From a virus: DNA of 64,000 bases. Positions 1-8,970 of this stretch are shown piece by piece (position 1 is the stretch's first letter; the number at the start of each line of letters is the position of its first letter). The notes beneath the pieces were generated by a model that had not been told where the DNA came from, searched no databases, and saw only the letters and a list, made by a program, of their open reading frames with translations. The stretch lies in the IMG/VR virus record IMGVR_UViG_3300012949_000670. One strand, written 5' to 3'. Both the position numbers and the translations under genes were made by a program.

Positions 1-209
1 CCTTTCTGCATCATGATGTCCAGCAGCCACACTTTTGCAGAAAGGTTTTTTTCATTTACATCCCTGAGCGCCTCATCAGTGGAGTTGTAGGTCTTGATTT
101 TTAGCGATGTTCCAATTTCCTCGAAAATGAGTTCCATGACGTTGGTAAACATCGTCGTCATGAAGGTCTCATCATCGATGCAAATGATGTCGTATTGATA
201 TTCACTCAT
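1..209 (-). CDS. Response-regulator receiver (CheY-like) protein, truncated by the window edge
   Basis: Manual translation MSEYQYDIICIDDETFM...KVWLLDIMMQK has the acidic pocket (IDDE) and the phospho-acceptor strand (LLDIMM). RBS GAGGAG lies upstream. Absent from the ORF track because it is partial. Confidence 0.8.
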   Translation of the reverse strand, partial: MSEYQYDIICIDDETFMTTMFTNVMELIFEEIGTSLKIKTYNSTDEALRDVNEKNLSAKVWLLDIMMQK

Positions 210-276
210 ACGGAAAGCAACTCCTCGCATTGAGAATAAGGGTTCTTTATTAGGACGAATATCTTTCCGATTTGAC

Positions 277-313
277 AAAACAAAAGGGACGTTTCACGCA
301 TCCCTTTTGTTTT
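277..313. terminator. Intrinsic terminator downstream of the pilin gene
   Basis: AAAACAAAAGGGA / TCCCTTTTGTTTT, 13-bp inverted repeat. Confidence 0.7.
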
Positions 314-362
314 CATGAGAATATCAGATTATGTGTTAGGCATTTGAACCGATGCGCCACTG

Positions 363-755
363 CTATTCGCCAGTGCTACAACTCCAACCGATTGTGTGGG
401 AGAGTCCGAGAGCATCGAACACGGCTGAGACAATCGCCGCTGCCAGAGCGATAATTGCGATGCCTATCGCCAGCTTCTTCAGATATTCTCGCGTCTGGCC
501 GCCGGCCTGTGGGTTGAAGATTTCATAAATCTGGATAAGGCCATAGAAAAGCAGACCACCGATAGCACCGATGAAGGTGAGGTTGCCAACCAACTCCGAT
601 ACTTTGCAGAGGAACGTTTCGATGTCCGCTCCACCTGTACCGCCATTGCCGCCAGAGGCAAGCGCCATCATGGGCAAAACGAGCAGCCTGTGTGTCCACT
701 GGTTGTAGACAGCGGCGTCCATCATCCCTTTGACTTTTTTGACCACATTCACCAT
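363..755 (-). CDS. TrbC/VirB2-like conjugative pilin
   Basis: 130 aa with a leader, a Gly-rich linker and two hydrophobic helices separated by a short basic loop (REYLKK). Strong RBS AAGGAG. Confidence 0.6.
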   Translation of the reverse strand: MVNVVKKVKGMMDAAVYNQWTHRLLVLPMMALASGGNGGTGGADIETFLCKVSELVGNLTFIGAIGGLLFYGLIQIYEIFNPQAGGQTREYLKKLAIGIAIIALAAAIVSAVFDALGLSHTIGWSCSTGE

Positions 756-801
756 CTTAGTTTTCTCCTTGTTGAAGATAGAAAATAAAGCTAATCAAAA
801 G

Positions 802-821
802 ACGCAAAGCCATCATATTTG
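802..821 (-). promoter_or_regulatory. Shared 20-nt upstream motif, copy 1 (pilin)
   Basis: ACGCAAAGCCATCATATTTG is 19/20 identical to 51764-51783. On the minus strand it contains TATGAT. Confidence 0.55.
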
Positions 822-831
822 GCATTTTTCG

Positions 832-2442
832 CTACGGTGTAGCGGTTGGTGCAGGAGTTTCTGTCTCATTCTGCATTTCCAATGAGTAGTTGTTATTGCC
901 GATAACCATCTGAATGGCGTTCACGTTAGAAAGGTTGATGTTGACCGAGTAGCTAATATCAACCTGCGTCAAAGACGGTTGGAAGTAAACCGGGGCGGTC
1001 GGCAGAACTGCTTCGCCATTGACCAGCAGTTTGCAGTTTCCACACAGCTCGGGCTGTGCATCTGCCAGCATCTTATACGGAACGTGAACTACCATCAGCT
1101 TGTTCAATGGCTGGTATTCAGCGCTCATTTGAGCGGCGTCAATTGCAACGTACTCTAAAGGTTGGGGCGGGACAATCTGCCCGGATACAGCATATTCCAT
1201 TCCGTCTGCATTTACAGTGAAGGTGAAATCAATGGTGGAATTGGATTTCAATGTGTAGAACGTAACCTTCAGGTTCCCCGCCGCGTAATCCGGGATAACT
1301 TCATCCGGGGTGTAGGTCATGCCTGCTTCGAGTTCGTAAATGCGCAGGGTCAGAAGGTCAAGTTCTTCCGGGTTGATAGGCCGGATGTAGAAAACAACCT
1401 TCATGTAAGTGTCATCATTCGGAACGAGGAAGGCGCGTTCAGTAATGCTGGCTACCACATCACCAATTTGGAACGGGGTATTGTCGCCAATATAGCTGAC
1501 GGCGTTTGCGGTCTTATCGCCACTGACTTCCTTGATGTTGTTGACGTTTTCATCTTGGTCAGGAATTGCCACAATCATGCGCCGGGTCGGAACATTCAGC
1601 AGCTTGCCATCCTTGTCGCGCTGCCCGAAGAAAATTATCGTCAGCTTCGGCTCGTTCTGGCGAAAAATCGTGGTGTCCGTCATGTTGACTTCAGTGATGT
1701 TTTGGATGGTATAGGTGGCGCTGCGCTGCCCAAATTGGACAACCAGTTTATCGCCCGCAGCAGCTTGACTGAAGTAATTTTCAAAAGCCTCGTAGCGGAA
1801 ACCGATAATCGTATTGACCACGCTACCCTGCAACCAGCAGGCGGTATTCGGGGCGGCTTTTGAGAAGTCGCACCACATACTGCCCCGCTTGATGAGTTCA
1901 TCAACAGAATCATTTACAAAGACCTGTACATCTGCAACCCCGTTTTTGCCTTTAATGACAAGTGCCTCGGGGCGGGCATAGCTGCTGGTGAAGTTCTGCT
2001 TGGAGTTCTTGATGTCAATGGAGTAATCCACTGGTGCCTGAACGACCACGGTCGGCTCGGGGGTTGCCTTTTCTCCACCGCCAAACTTTAGCCCACCGCT
2101 TTTGGCAATCCACAGCACAATCAGAATGACAATGGCGATAGCAATCGGAGCAATACGCTTGATAAGGAGCTGATTGCGGTCGCTGACCTCGGCAATCTGC
2201 TGCGCTTCTCTGGGCGACCGGAAGTTAGTGGCGTTCCTTCCAGCGTTGTCGGAAAGAAATACTTTTTCACCCGTTGGGGTAATAGTCATACCATGCTCAA
2301 CTTCCGCCAGAATGCTTTTCAGCACAGCCACCTTTTCATCAGCCGGGGAGTCGGCAGTGATGCCAGCGTCCCGGTAATAATCCCCGATATACCTATCCCA
2401 TTGGGCTGTTAGTTCGTTATAAACAGTATCTTGAATGTTCAT
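832..2442 (-). CDS. Membrane-anchored protein with a degenerate sortase-like domain
   Basis: One TM helix at about aa 96-113. aa 156-294 follow sortase topology (NTIIGFR...GDKLVV...YTIQNITEV...KLTIIFF...RRMIVA). Confidence 0.5.
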   Translation of the reverse strand: MNIQDTVYNELTAQWDRYIGDYYRDAGITADSPADEKVAVLKSILAEVEHGMTITPTGEKVFLSDNAGRNATNFRSPREAQQIAEVSDRNQLLIKRIAPIAIAIVILIVLWIAKSGGLKFGGGEKATPEPTVVVQAPVDYSIDIKNSKQNFTSSYARPEALVIKGKNGVADVQVFVNDSVDELIKRGSMWCDFSKAAPNTACWLQGSVVNTIIGFRYEAFENYFSQAAAGDKLVVQFGQRSATYTIQNITEVNMTDTTIFRQNEPKLTIIFFGQRDKDGKLLNVPTRRMIVAIPDQDENVNNIKEVSGDKTANAVSYIGDNTPFQIGDVVASITERAFLVPNDDTYMKVVFYIRPINPEELDLLTLRIYELEAGMTYTPDEVIPDYAAGNLKVTFYTLKSNSTIDFTFTVNADGMEYAVSGQIVPPQPLEYVAIDAAQMSAEYQPLNKLMVVHVPYKMLADAQPELCGNCKLLVNGEAVLPTAPVYFQPSLTQVDISYSVNINLSNVNAIQMVIGNNNYSLEMQNETETPAPTATP

Positions 2443-2474
2443 AAAAGTTATCTCCTAGTCGGAAGGTGTTTCGC

Positions 2475-4550
2475 TTACGGAATGACAGAACTGTGCGAAA
2501 AATTCGGCACTTTGATTTCGAATTCCGGTGATGAATTCGCTGAGAACGCGGCGTTTATGTTGAGCAAAGGAATAATAAAGTGATACTGGCTGGGCGTATC
2601 TTTCAAGGTCATCGAGATTTGCCCCAGTTCGTTGGTCTCAATGACTTTGACGATTTTCTTCGTCTTCGTATCCTGAATGAAGATTTTGATGCCCGCAACG
2701 CCTTCGTCCAAGTCGATTTTGCCATTCCCATTGATGTCATTGAACACAGCGAAGCTGTACTGGTAAATCTTTGTGTTCGGAATAACCGGAGTCGGATTTT
2801 GAACACCAGTCAACTTGACCGCGAATGGAATGCTCTGCGGAAGCGGCGTGGGGGTCGGCTGAGGAGTAGCCGTAGGCGGGGTTACAACACCGCCCGAGGG
2901 CGGAGAAGGCGGAGTTGTTGGGGCAGCAGTCGGCTTGGGCGGGTAGCCTAGACCTGTTTTGCAGCGGAAGGTGTACTGGACTGCGCCAGCAGCAGGGTCG
3001 ACGACAGTTGGGTTTTCCAGAGCAACCTTGAAGAAAATCTGCGTATTCGCCGGAACGTTGTGCAGAACCACACGAGGGTTTACCCCTTCATAGTTCGTGA
3101 AAATGTCCGGGCGAATTTTGTCGCCGTAATCGCCGCGACCGGCAACATGGCCGTAAATCACCAGGTCTAAGTTAGAACTTGTGCTGACCGCTTCGCAGTG
3201 CATGTCCATGTCTTTCGGAGCAACAAACGTGAAGTAGTCCTCATCCGGGTTTTGCAGAGTGCTGAACATGGTTAGACCGGTGATTTCCTGGTCATAACCA
3301 ATCACCGTTGCTTTATCTTCCGAGTTGTTCGGTTCGAGACTATCTTCCGTACCCCGAATTTGCGGGACATAAGCAAAGTGGAACGAGTATGTTCCAAACT
3401 TGCTGTAATCGGCATTAGGCTGGTTGCCGTAGATGTCGAAGTACACTATGGCCGGGGCATCAACTGCGAACTGAATTTGCGGGTTCACCGGGCCGCCGTC
3501 ATTACCAACGACATAGGTTTCGGTGCGGCCGTCCTGATGGATAATTTTTACCTTCATGTCGGGGTCAATCAGGGTGTCATTTGATGAAGTAACAACCCCG
3601 GCGTATTTGCCTTTGTCAATATTGACCTTGAAAAAGTCGTGGTCGCCAGCCGTTAGGGTCAGATTTTCAATTTTCTGACCAGCGACGATGGCGGTCGCGG
3701 TTTCTTCCGTGTTATTGCTGTTGGGGAATACGTCATACATATCATTCCCGCCAGCGGTTGTATACATAACGCTGAGAGAATAAGAACCATAAGCCGTGTA
3801 ATCTACGTTCTTATCAGCGCCGGAAACGCAGACCTTTACTGGAAGGTTGTTGGTGATATTCGCTTGAACCAGCGGGAAGCTGCCATTTCCATCTGACCGC
3901 AAAACCTGACCAACGATTGAACCTTCGAGAGAAGTGCAGTCGTTGGCGCTTGTCCCCTGTCCCTGATAGATGCCGACATTCAACGCAATCGCCGGGTTGC
4001 TAGGTTTGACAGAGAATGTATAAAGCCCCTGCGACAGCGTAAAGGTGAACCAATCCACGTCGCTCTGACCGATGGTCAGACCGGCGTACTCATAGTTCGG
4101 AACCAGATAAGAAGCGGCTTCCCATGAGTTGTTCGGTTCGTAAACGTCTGCTGGCGGAGTGGTTGGGGTCGGAGAAACGACACTCTGAACAACGACCACA
4201 TCCGCTTCTGCAAAACCGCTGGTACCGCAGGCGTTTTCTGCCCGTACCCAAATGTGATAGCGGTGGTCGAGCGTGAAGCGGAACGGATAAGAAGTTGTAT
4301 TACCGATATTTTCAATTGGCGCTTCCACCGTGCTTCCCAAATCCTGCACCTTGATGGAATAAGACGTAGCGCCCGGAACGGGCTGCCAGCTAATCGTTGT
4401 GACGTTGGCTTGAATTTGTCCGTTGGGTGTTAGCCCTTGCGGGACATTCGGTGGTGCGGTGCAGGTTTGTGCCTGTGCGACAACAACCGGTGTGCCAAGC
4501 GCTCCTAAAGCGATAAAAAACGCAAGAAAAATACTGACCAATTGCTTCAT
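2475..4550 (-). CDS. Secreted multidomain surface protein (FN3-like, three PPC-like repeats, Pro/Thr linker, SdrD-B-like C-terminus)
   Basis: Signal peptide MKQLVSIFLAFF... with the start moved to the ATG at 4550. DVYEPNN/DSLEPNN repeats and FNDINGNGKIDLDEG. Confidence 0.7.
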   Translation of the reverse strand: MKQLVSIFLAFFIALGALGTPVVVAQAQTCTAPPNVPQGLTPNGQIQANVTTISWQPVPGATSYSIKVQDLGSTVEAPIENIGNTTSYPFRFTLDHRYHIWVRAENACGTSGFAEADVVVVQSVVSPTPTTPPADVYEPNNSWEAASYLVPNYEYAGLTIGQSDVDWFTFTLSQGLYTFSVKPSNPAIALNVGIYQGQGTSANDCTSLEGSIVGQVLRSDGNGSFPLVQANITNNLPVKVCVSGADKNVDYTAYGSYSLSVMYTTAGGNDMYDVFPNSNNTEETATAIVAGQKIENLTLTAGDHDFFKVNIDKGKYAGVVTSSNDTLIDPDMKVKIIHQDGRTETYVVGNDGGPVNPQIQFAVDAPAIVYFDIYGNQPNADYSKFGTYSFHFAYVPQIRGTEDSLEPNNSEDKATVIGYDQEITGLTMFSTLQNPDEDYFTFVAPKDMDMHCEAVSTSSNLDLVIYGHVAGRGDYGDKIRPDIFTNYEGVNPRVVLHNVPANTQIFFKVALENPTVVDPAAGAVQYTFRCKTGLGYPPKPTAAPTTPPSPPSGGVVTPPTATPQPTPTPLPQSIPFAVKLTGVQNPTPVIPNTKIYQYSFAVFNDINGNGKIDLDEGVAGIKIFIQDTKTKKIVKVIETNELGQISMTLKDTPSQYHFIIPLLNINAAFSANSSPEFEIKVPNFSHSSVIP

Positions 4551-4659
4551 ATAAAGTATTCCCTTTCCCAACAGCGAAATGGTTGTTGATAAATGATGAT
4601 TATTCGCTCCGATATGCAAAATCACCGATTTTCCCGTCCTCCAAATTGGAGAGACGTTT

Positions 4660-6000
4660 ATGGAAAATTTCATTGGGCATATCATCGGACTGGACTTAGT
4701 GTTTTCAGGATTGAGCGGTTTTTCTGTTTTCAAAAACAACAAACTTCTCGCATATGGATTGCTCAATAAAAAGACGCAATCGACAACAAATGCGCAGGAG
4801 AAAGTAAAGCATTCCCTGTATCTTGCCGACCGGCTGTACCAACTTTTTTCCAAAATCAATAACAACCAGACCGTTTGCGTGATTGAAAAATCAGACTGGC
4901 ATCAGAAAGGGGGAGAAAAGAAACGGGTTTACGTCAAAGGCAGATGGGTGACGAAGGTCGTCAACGCACAGTCAGCCGGGCGTGAACGCAATGCCCTGAA
5001 ATCGCTGGCATTGTCCCGTGGGGTGGTCGTGAGTCTCCTGCTGGCGATGGATGGGAAGATTACCCCCTATTACATGACAGTTGACGATGTGCGCGGGGCG
5101 CTGCTGACATCCAGCCGGGCGAAAGAAGCGATGTTCCAAAAAATCCGACAGCTTTATTTTCTGGATTTGGAAGAAACCACTGAAAACATGAACATCACGG
5201 ATGCGATTGCCCTGCCGACAGCATTTTTGAAAATTAGCCAGCTTCCTAACGGAAATGCACGAAAAGTCAAACAGGCGAAACAGCTCGCCCATTCTCGTGG
5301 AGCGATTGGGGCTTTCATGCACGCGATAAACGATATGGGATTCACCAATTATGGGGAGACCCGGACGCTGTACCAGCCGGAAAACGTTCAAAAACTGGCG
5401 CAAATCCGCAAGCCGCTGATGGAGTGCAATAAAAAGCACATCCTACGGCCGCAGGCCGCAGCGGAAGATTATTTTGTATCGGTCGATGTTTCTGCCCGGC
5501 ATCCGGGGGTTGTGGTCGGCAGTCCGGCCGAAAACGGCGCAATCAATCTGGCGTTCCATAAAACCTACGGACTGGAAAAGAAAATGCCGGACACAGCGGA
5601 TATTAGCTATGAACTGCTGGTCGCTGCCAACCTTTTGCTGTCTTTAGCATCTGTTTATGCACTGTATCCGCTGAAGGGAATTGTCTTTGAATATTCCGAC
5701 TGGCATCGAGCCGGGGCAGGGCTGGATTACCAGATTGACATCAAAGCGATTAACAGCCTGTTTTTCACCTACGGTGTCCTGATGGGGTTGGCTTATTTTT
5801 GGAATATCCCCCTGTATGCAGTCAATGCAACCGATGCCAAAAAACTGCTGTGCGGCAAAAGAAACGCCACTAAAGCAGATGTTAAAAATTATATAAATAA
5901 ACGCTATCCACAACTCAAAAATGAACATACCAGAGATGCGGCGCTCATATTGGAATATTTTTTAAAAAGCCAATCGCTATCATATAAAGGAGGTAATTAG
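4660..6000 (+). CDS. ruvC: Tandem double RuvC-like Holliday-junction resolvase
   Basis: Two RuvC-like units: IIGLD...IEKSDWH...RGVV...ITDAIA and VSVD...FEYSDWH...YGVL...KKLLCGKRNATKADVK...RDAA. Confidence 0.7.
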   Translation: MENFIGHIIGLDLVFSGLSGFSVFKNNKLLAYGLLNKKTQSTTNAQEKVKHSLYLADRLYQLFSKINNNQTVCVIEKSDWHQKGGEKKRVYVKGRWVTKVVNAQSAGRERNALKSLALSRGVVVSLLLAMDGKITPYYMTVDDVRGALLTSSRAKEAMFQKIRQLYFLDLEETTENMNITDAIALPTAFLKISQLPNGNARKVKQAKQLAHSRGAIGAFMHAINDMGFTNYGETRTLYQPENVQKLAQIRKPLMECNKKHILRPQAAAEDYFVSVDVSARHPGVVVGSPAENGAINLAFHKTYGLEKKMPDTADISYELLVAANLLLSLASVYALYPLKGIVFEYSDWHRAGAGLDYQIDIKAINSLFFTYGVLMGLAYFWNIPLYAVNATDAKKLLCGKRNATKADVKNYINKRYPQLKNEHTRDAALILEYFLKSQSLSYKGGN

Positions 6001-6027
6001 TTTTTTATAGCAGGAGCGATTGGTTCA

Positions 6028-6831
6028 ATGGATTATTACTGTGGATATTATCGGACGCCTACCAAGGTGCAGCCTGTTTCGATGTGGAAGCAGTTTAGCC
6101 ATATTTCCCGGTTCAAAAAATCGCATTCGCTGGCTGAATCTGATTTTGTATCTCCGTTTTTGTATTGCGATGCGGAAAAGGTTAACTACACCCGCATCGT
6201 TGCTCCGCTGGATAGGCATGAAAAAATTGCTCAAAGCAGGCGAGAGGTTGAACGGGTGAGCGAACTGGTAAAGGTGCAGACTTTCCGAGAGTGGGTGGAT
6301 AAAAATGCCCCGGAAAGCATAGACGAAAATGTTCATTTCCATATCGTCACGCCAGTCATCATCAAATTTATTGACATCAACGTTCACTTCAAAGACTGCC
6401 CTAGTTTCTATGACCTTTTGACTGCCGTACGCGACAGCAGCCGCCATATGATGCTGTATGACGGCTTCCCCGCTTCTTCCGTCTTCAGGAATAAATGCCT
6501 TTACCTAATGCAACACAAAACGAAAGGCGTTTATTCTTCAACCACAACCGTCCCTGGATATGCCCGTAATTCAAAAACAATCAATGCCGACATTGGCAAT
6601 TTGCATCTCAACTTATCTGACATCTACCGGGCAAATCCAGACAGTCGCCAGGTCATCGGCTATCTGATGTACCTGATGAATATGCTGGTTATTGGGGAAA
6701 TGGGTTTGGGAATGGTTTTCCCCTATCAGGCGGATATTGAACCCATTCCAGAACTACTGGACAGCTTGGGACGGATGTATGTCGGTCTCCAACTCAATGA
6801 TTATTACCCGATTATTTATCAGGTCAAATAA
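6028..6831 (+). CDS. Hypothetical protein
   Basis: 267-aa ORF co-oriented between the RuvC-like gene and recG, with RBS GGAG. No motif recognised. Confidence 0.6.
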   Translation: MDYYCGYYRTPTKVQPVSMWKQFSHISRFKKSHSLAESDFVSPFLYCDAEKVNYTRIVAPLDRHEKIAQSRREVERVSELVKVQTFREWVDKNAPESIDENVHFHIVTPVIIKFIDINVHFKDCPSFYDLLTAVRDSSRHMMLYDGFPASSVFRNKCLYLMQHKTKGVYSSTTTVPGYARNSKTINADIGNLHLNLSDIYRANPDSRQVIGYLMYLMNMLVIGEMGLGMVFPYQADIEPIPELLDSLGRMYVGLQLNDYYPIIYQVK

Positions 6832-6839
6832 AGGCACGT

Positions 6840-8822
6840 ATGGCGAAAACAAAAAAGTCGGAAACTATCCAACTCGTTTCGTTTGATACCCCTCTTGAAT
6901 CATACAAGTTCGGGAAACCGTATCTCGAATTGTTCAAGCGGAGGGGTTTTACGGCGGTTGGGCATTTTTTGTCTACGCCGCCGAAACAAATTCTGTTTTT
7001 TGAAAAGAACTTCAACCCAGAAGCGTATTTGTACACCTATGCGGCGCTGGTGCTGAAGGTGAACGAAGTTCATGCCCCGGAAAACAAAAATTTCCTGATT
7101 TTGAGCGGGAAAGATTATTCCGGGCATACGTACCGGGTGCTGACCTATCAAAAAACGAAGTGGAAGAATATTTTATGGTCGCTGCTGGCAAAGAAGTCAG
7201 AAGTTACCATGATTGTCTATGGGCTTCTTCGCAAGGATAACAGCTATTTCAAAAATAAGGCGGATTACTTCATCGAGGGACAGTATATTGACCTGTACTC
7301 GCAGAAACGAATTGCGACCCCGATGTATCTTTCCGACTTTTCGGATAATGAGAAGCTGACCAAAACCGCCGCAACACTGCTGGAAAAGGTCGCCTTCTCT
7401 GATTCGCTTCAGCCGTATCTCCCCGGCATTTACCCAGACATGGGAGCGATGCTGCGCCACCTGCACCAGCCGACTTCGCTGGACGAATGGTATCTTGCTG
7501 TGCAACGGTATCTCATTATGGCGCTGGTGTATTTTTATATGCGGCGCGACCAGTCGATACCTCTGCTGACTGAATACGAAACTCCGCCGCGCCCCATCCA
7601 TGCGCAGTTCGATGAGCAATCCGCCGCTGGACTGCCGTTCCAATTGTCCGAATCACAGAAAACGGCTGTAAAAAACGTGTTGGCTTCACTTGCGCAGGAA
7701 AAGTCAACTGTTCATTATGTGATGGGGGATGTGGCTTCCGGGAAAAGCGTGGTTGCTTACCAAAGCGCCAGTTCCATTGTACGCGCGTCTGTGGAAGGCA
7801 AACCCGCTCGGGTCGTACTTCTCGCCCCGACAATTATTCTCGCTACGCAGCACTACCGGGATTTCATCTCGTACTATCCTGATTTAAAGGAAAAGACCGT
7901 TCTTATCACAGGAAGAACGAAGGTCAAGGACGTTGACCAGTTCCAGGTCGTGATTGGTACGCACGCCCTGCTGACCCGCCCGGATATGGATGCCGACCTG
8001 CTGATTATTGACGAACCGCAAAAATTCGGCATTGGGCAGCAAAAGTGGAAAAAGCCGACCCATTATCTATTCCTAACCGCCACACCGCTTCCCCGCTGGA
8101 CGGCGCTCCTGCTGGCGAATGCCATTCCGTGCAGTGAGATTGAACCCCGCCCGCGCGATGTAACACTGGTGCCGCTGGCGATGAGTGAGGAAAAGCTGCG
8201 CCTTTTGCTATCTAAACTCCCGCCCGATAAACCGAAGATGATTGTCGTTCCTCGCATTTCTGCGGAAGGCGTCCACATGAACCTTGAAGAAGTCAAAGCG
8301 GTTCTTGATGATATGGGTATCGCCTATGCGACCGTGCATGGGAAAATGAAGGATGCCGAGATACTGGACGAGATGGAACGCTTCCGAAACAAGGAGGTAA
8401 GCACCCTTTTGGCGACGCAGATGGTGGAAACCGGGTTGAATATCCCGGAACTCAAGTACCTTGTTTTGATTGGTGCAGAATCCTATGGCAATCTTAACCT
8501 GTACCAGCTCACCGGACGGGTAGGGCGAAATGGCGAACAGTCGTTTGTATACCTGATGACCTATGCACTGGACAGGATGACCAATTTCGCCAAAACTGTG
8601 AAAACCGGATACGATGCGGCGAAGTTGGATTTGTTGCAGCGTGGGGCGGGGTGCATGGATGAAACCACACAGAGCGGGCCAATCAAAATCCCGTTGGCAG
8701 AACGCATGACTCAAGACACCATCGATGCTTCCATTCAGGTCTACAAAGAATTGCACAAAAATGCTGTAGACAAAGAAAAAGTATTTTCGGAGCTGTCACA
8801 GTTCTTCGATAAATATTTCTAA
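6840..8822 (+). CDS. recG: RecG-family SF2 DNA helicase (divergent)
   Basis: GDVASGKS, LLAPT, IGTHAL, IIDEPQKFG, TATPLPR, QLTGRVGR, DLLQRGAG. Confidence 0.85.
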   Translation: MAKTKKSETIQLVSFDTPLESYKFGKPYLELFKRRGFTAVGHFLSTPPKQILFFEKNFNPEAYLYTYAALVLKVNEVHAPENKNFLILSGKDYSGHTYRVLTYQKTKWKNILWSLLAKKSEVTMIVYGLLRKDNSYFKNKADYFIEGQYIDLYSQKRIATPMYLSDFSDNEKLTKTAATLLEKVAFSDSLQPYLPGIYPDMGAMLRHLHQPTSLDEWYLAVQRYLIMALVYFYMRRDQSIPLLTEYETPPRPIHAQFDEQSAAGLPFQLSESQKTAVKNVLASLAQEKSTVHYVMGDVASGKSVVAYQSASSIVRASVEGKPARVVLLAPTIILATQHYRDFISYYPDLKEKTVLITGRTKVKDVDQFQVVIGTHALLTRPDMDADLLIIDEPQKFGIGQQKWKKPTHYLFLTATPLPRWTALLLANAIPCSEIEPRPRDVTLVPLAMSEEKLRLLLSKLPPDKPKMIVVPRISAEGVHMNLEEVKAVLDDMGIAYATVHGKMKDAEILDEMERFRNKEVSTLLATQMVETGLNIPELKYLVLIGAESYGNLNLYQLTGRVGRNGEQSFVYLMTYALDRMTNFAKTVKTGYDAAKLDLLQRGAGCMDETTQSGPIKIPLAERMTQDTIDASIQVYKELHKNAVDKEKVFSELSQFFDKYF

Positions 8823-8970
8823 TTTTCCATCCAAATTGCGAAATCGGGTGATTGTCCGTCTTTTTTCTGATAGATAATCACCCGTTTTTTTATATACAAA
8901 AACGCGAAATGGAAATGGTTTCCGTCTTTGAAGTACGCAATTTTCATCAAAAAAATGGAGTGATAAGAAG

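Noticed and set aside
795-825. GACGCAAAGCC resembles the c-di-GMP-I riboswitch core
   Set aside because: It is antisense to the downstream gene and lacks the upstream GGCAAA and GAAA-tetraloop stem.
4619-4628. AATCACC recurring in several intergenic regions (near 4620, 8877, 59422, 63151)
   Set aside because: A 7-mer is expected several times by chance in 64 kb, and spacing to start codons is inconsistent.
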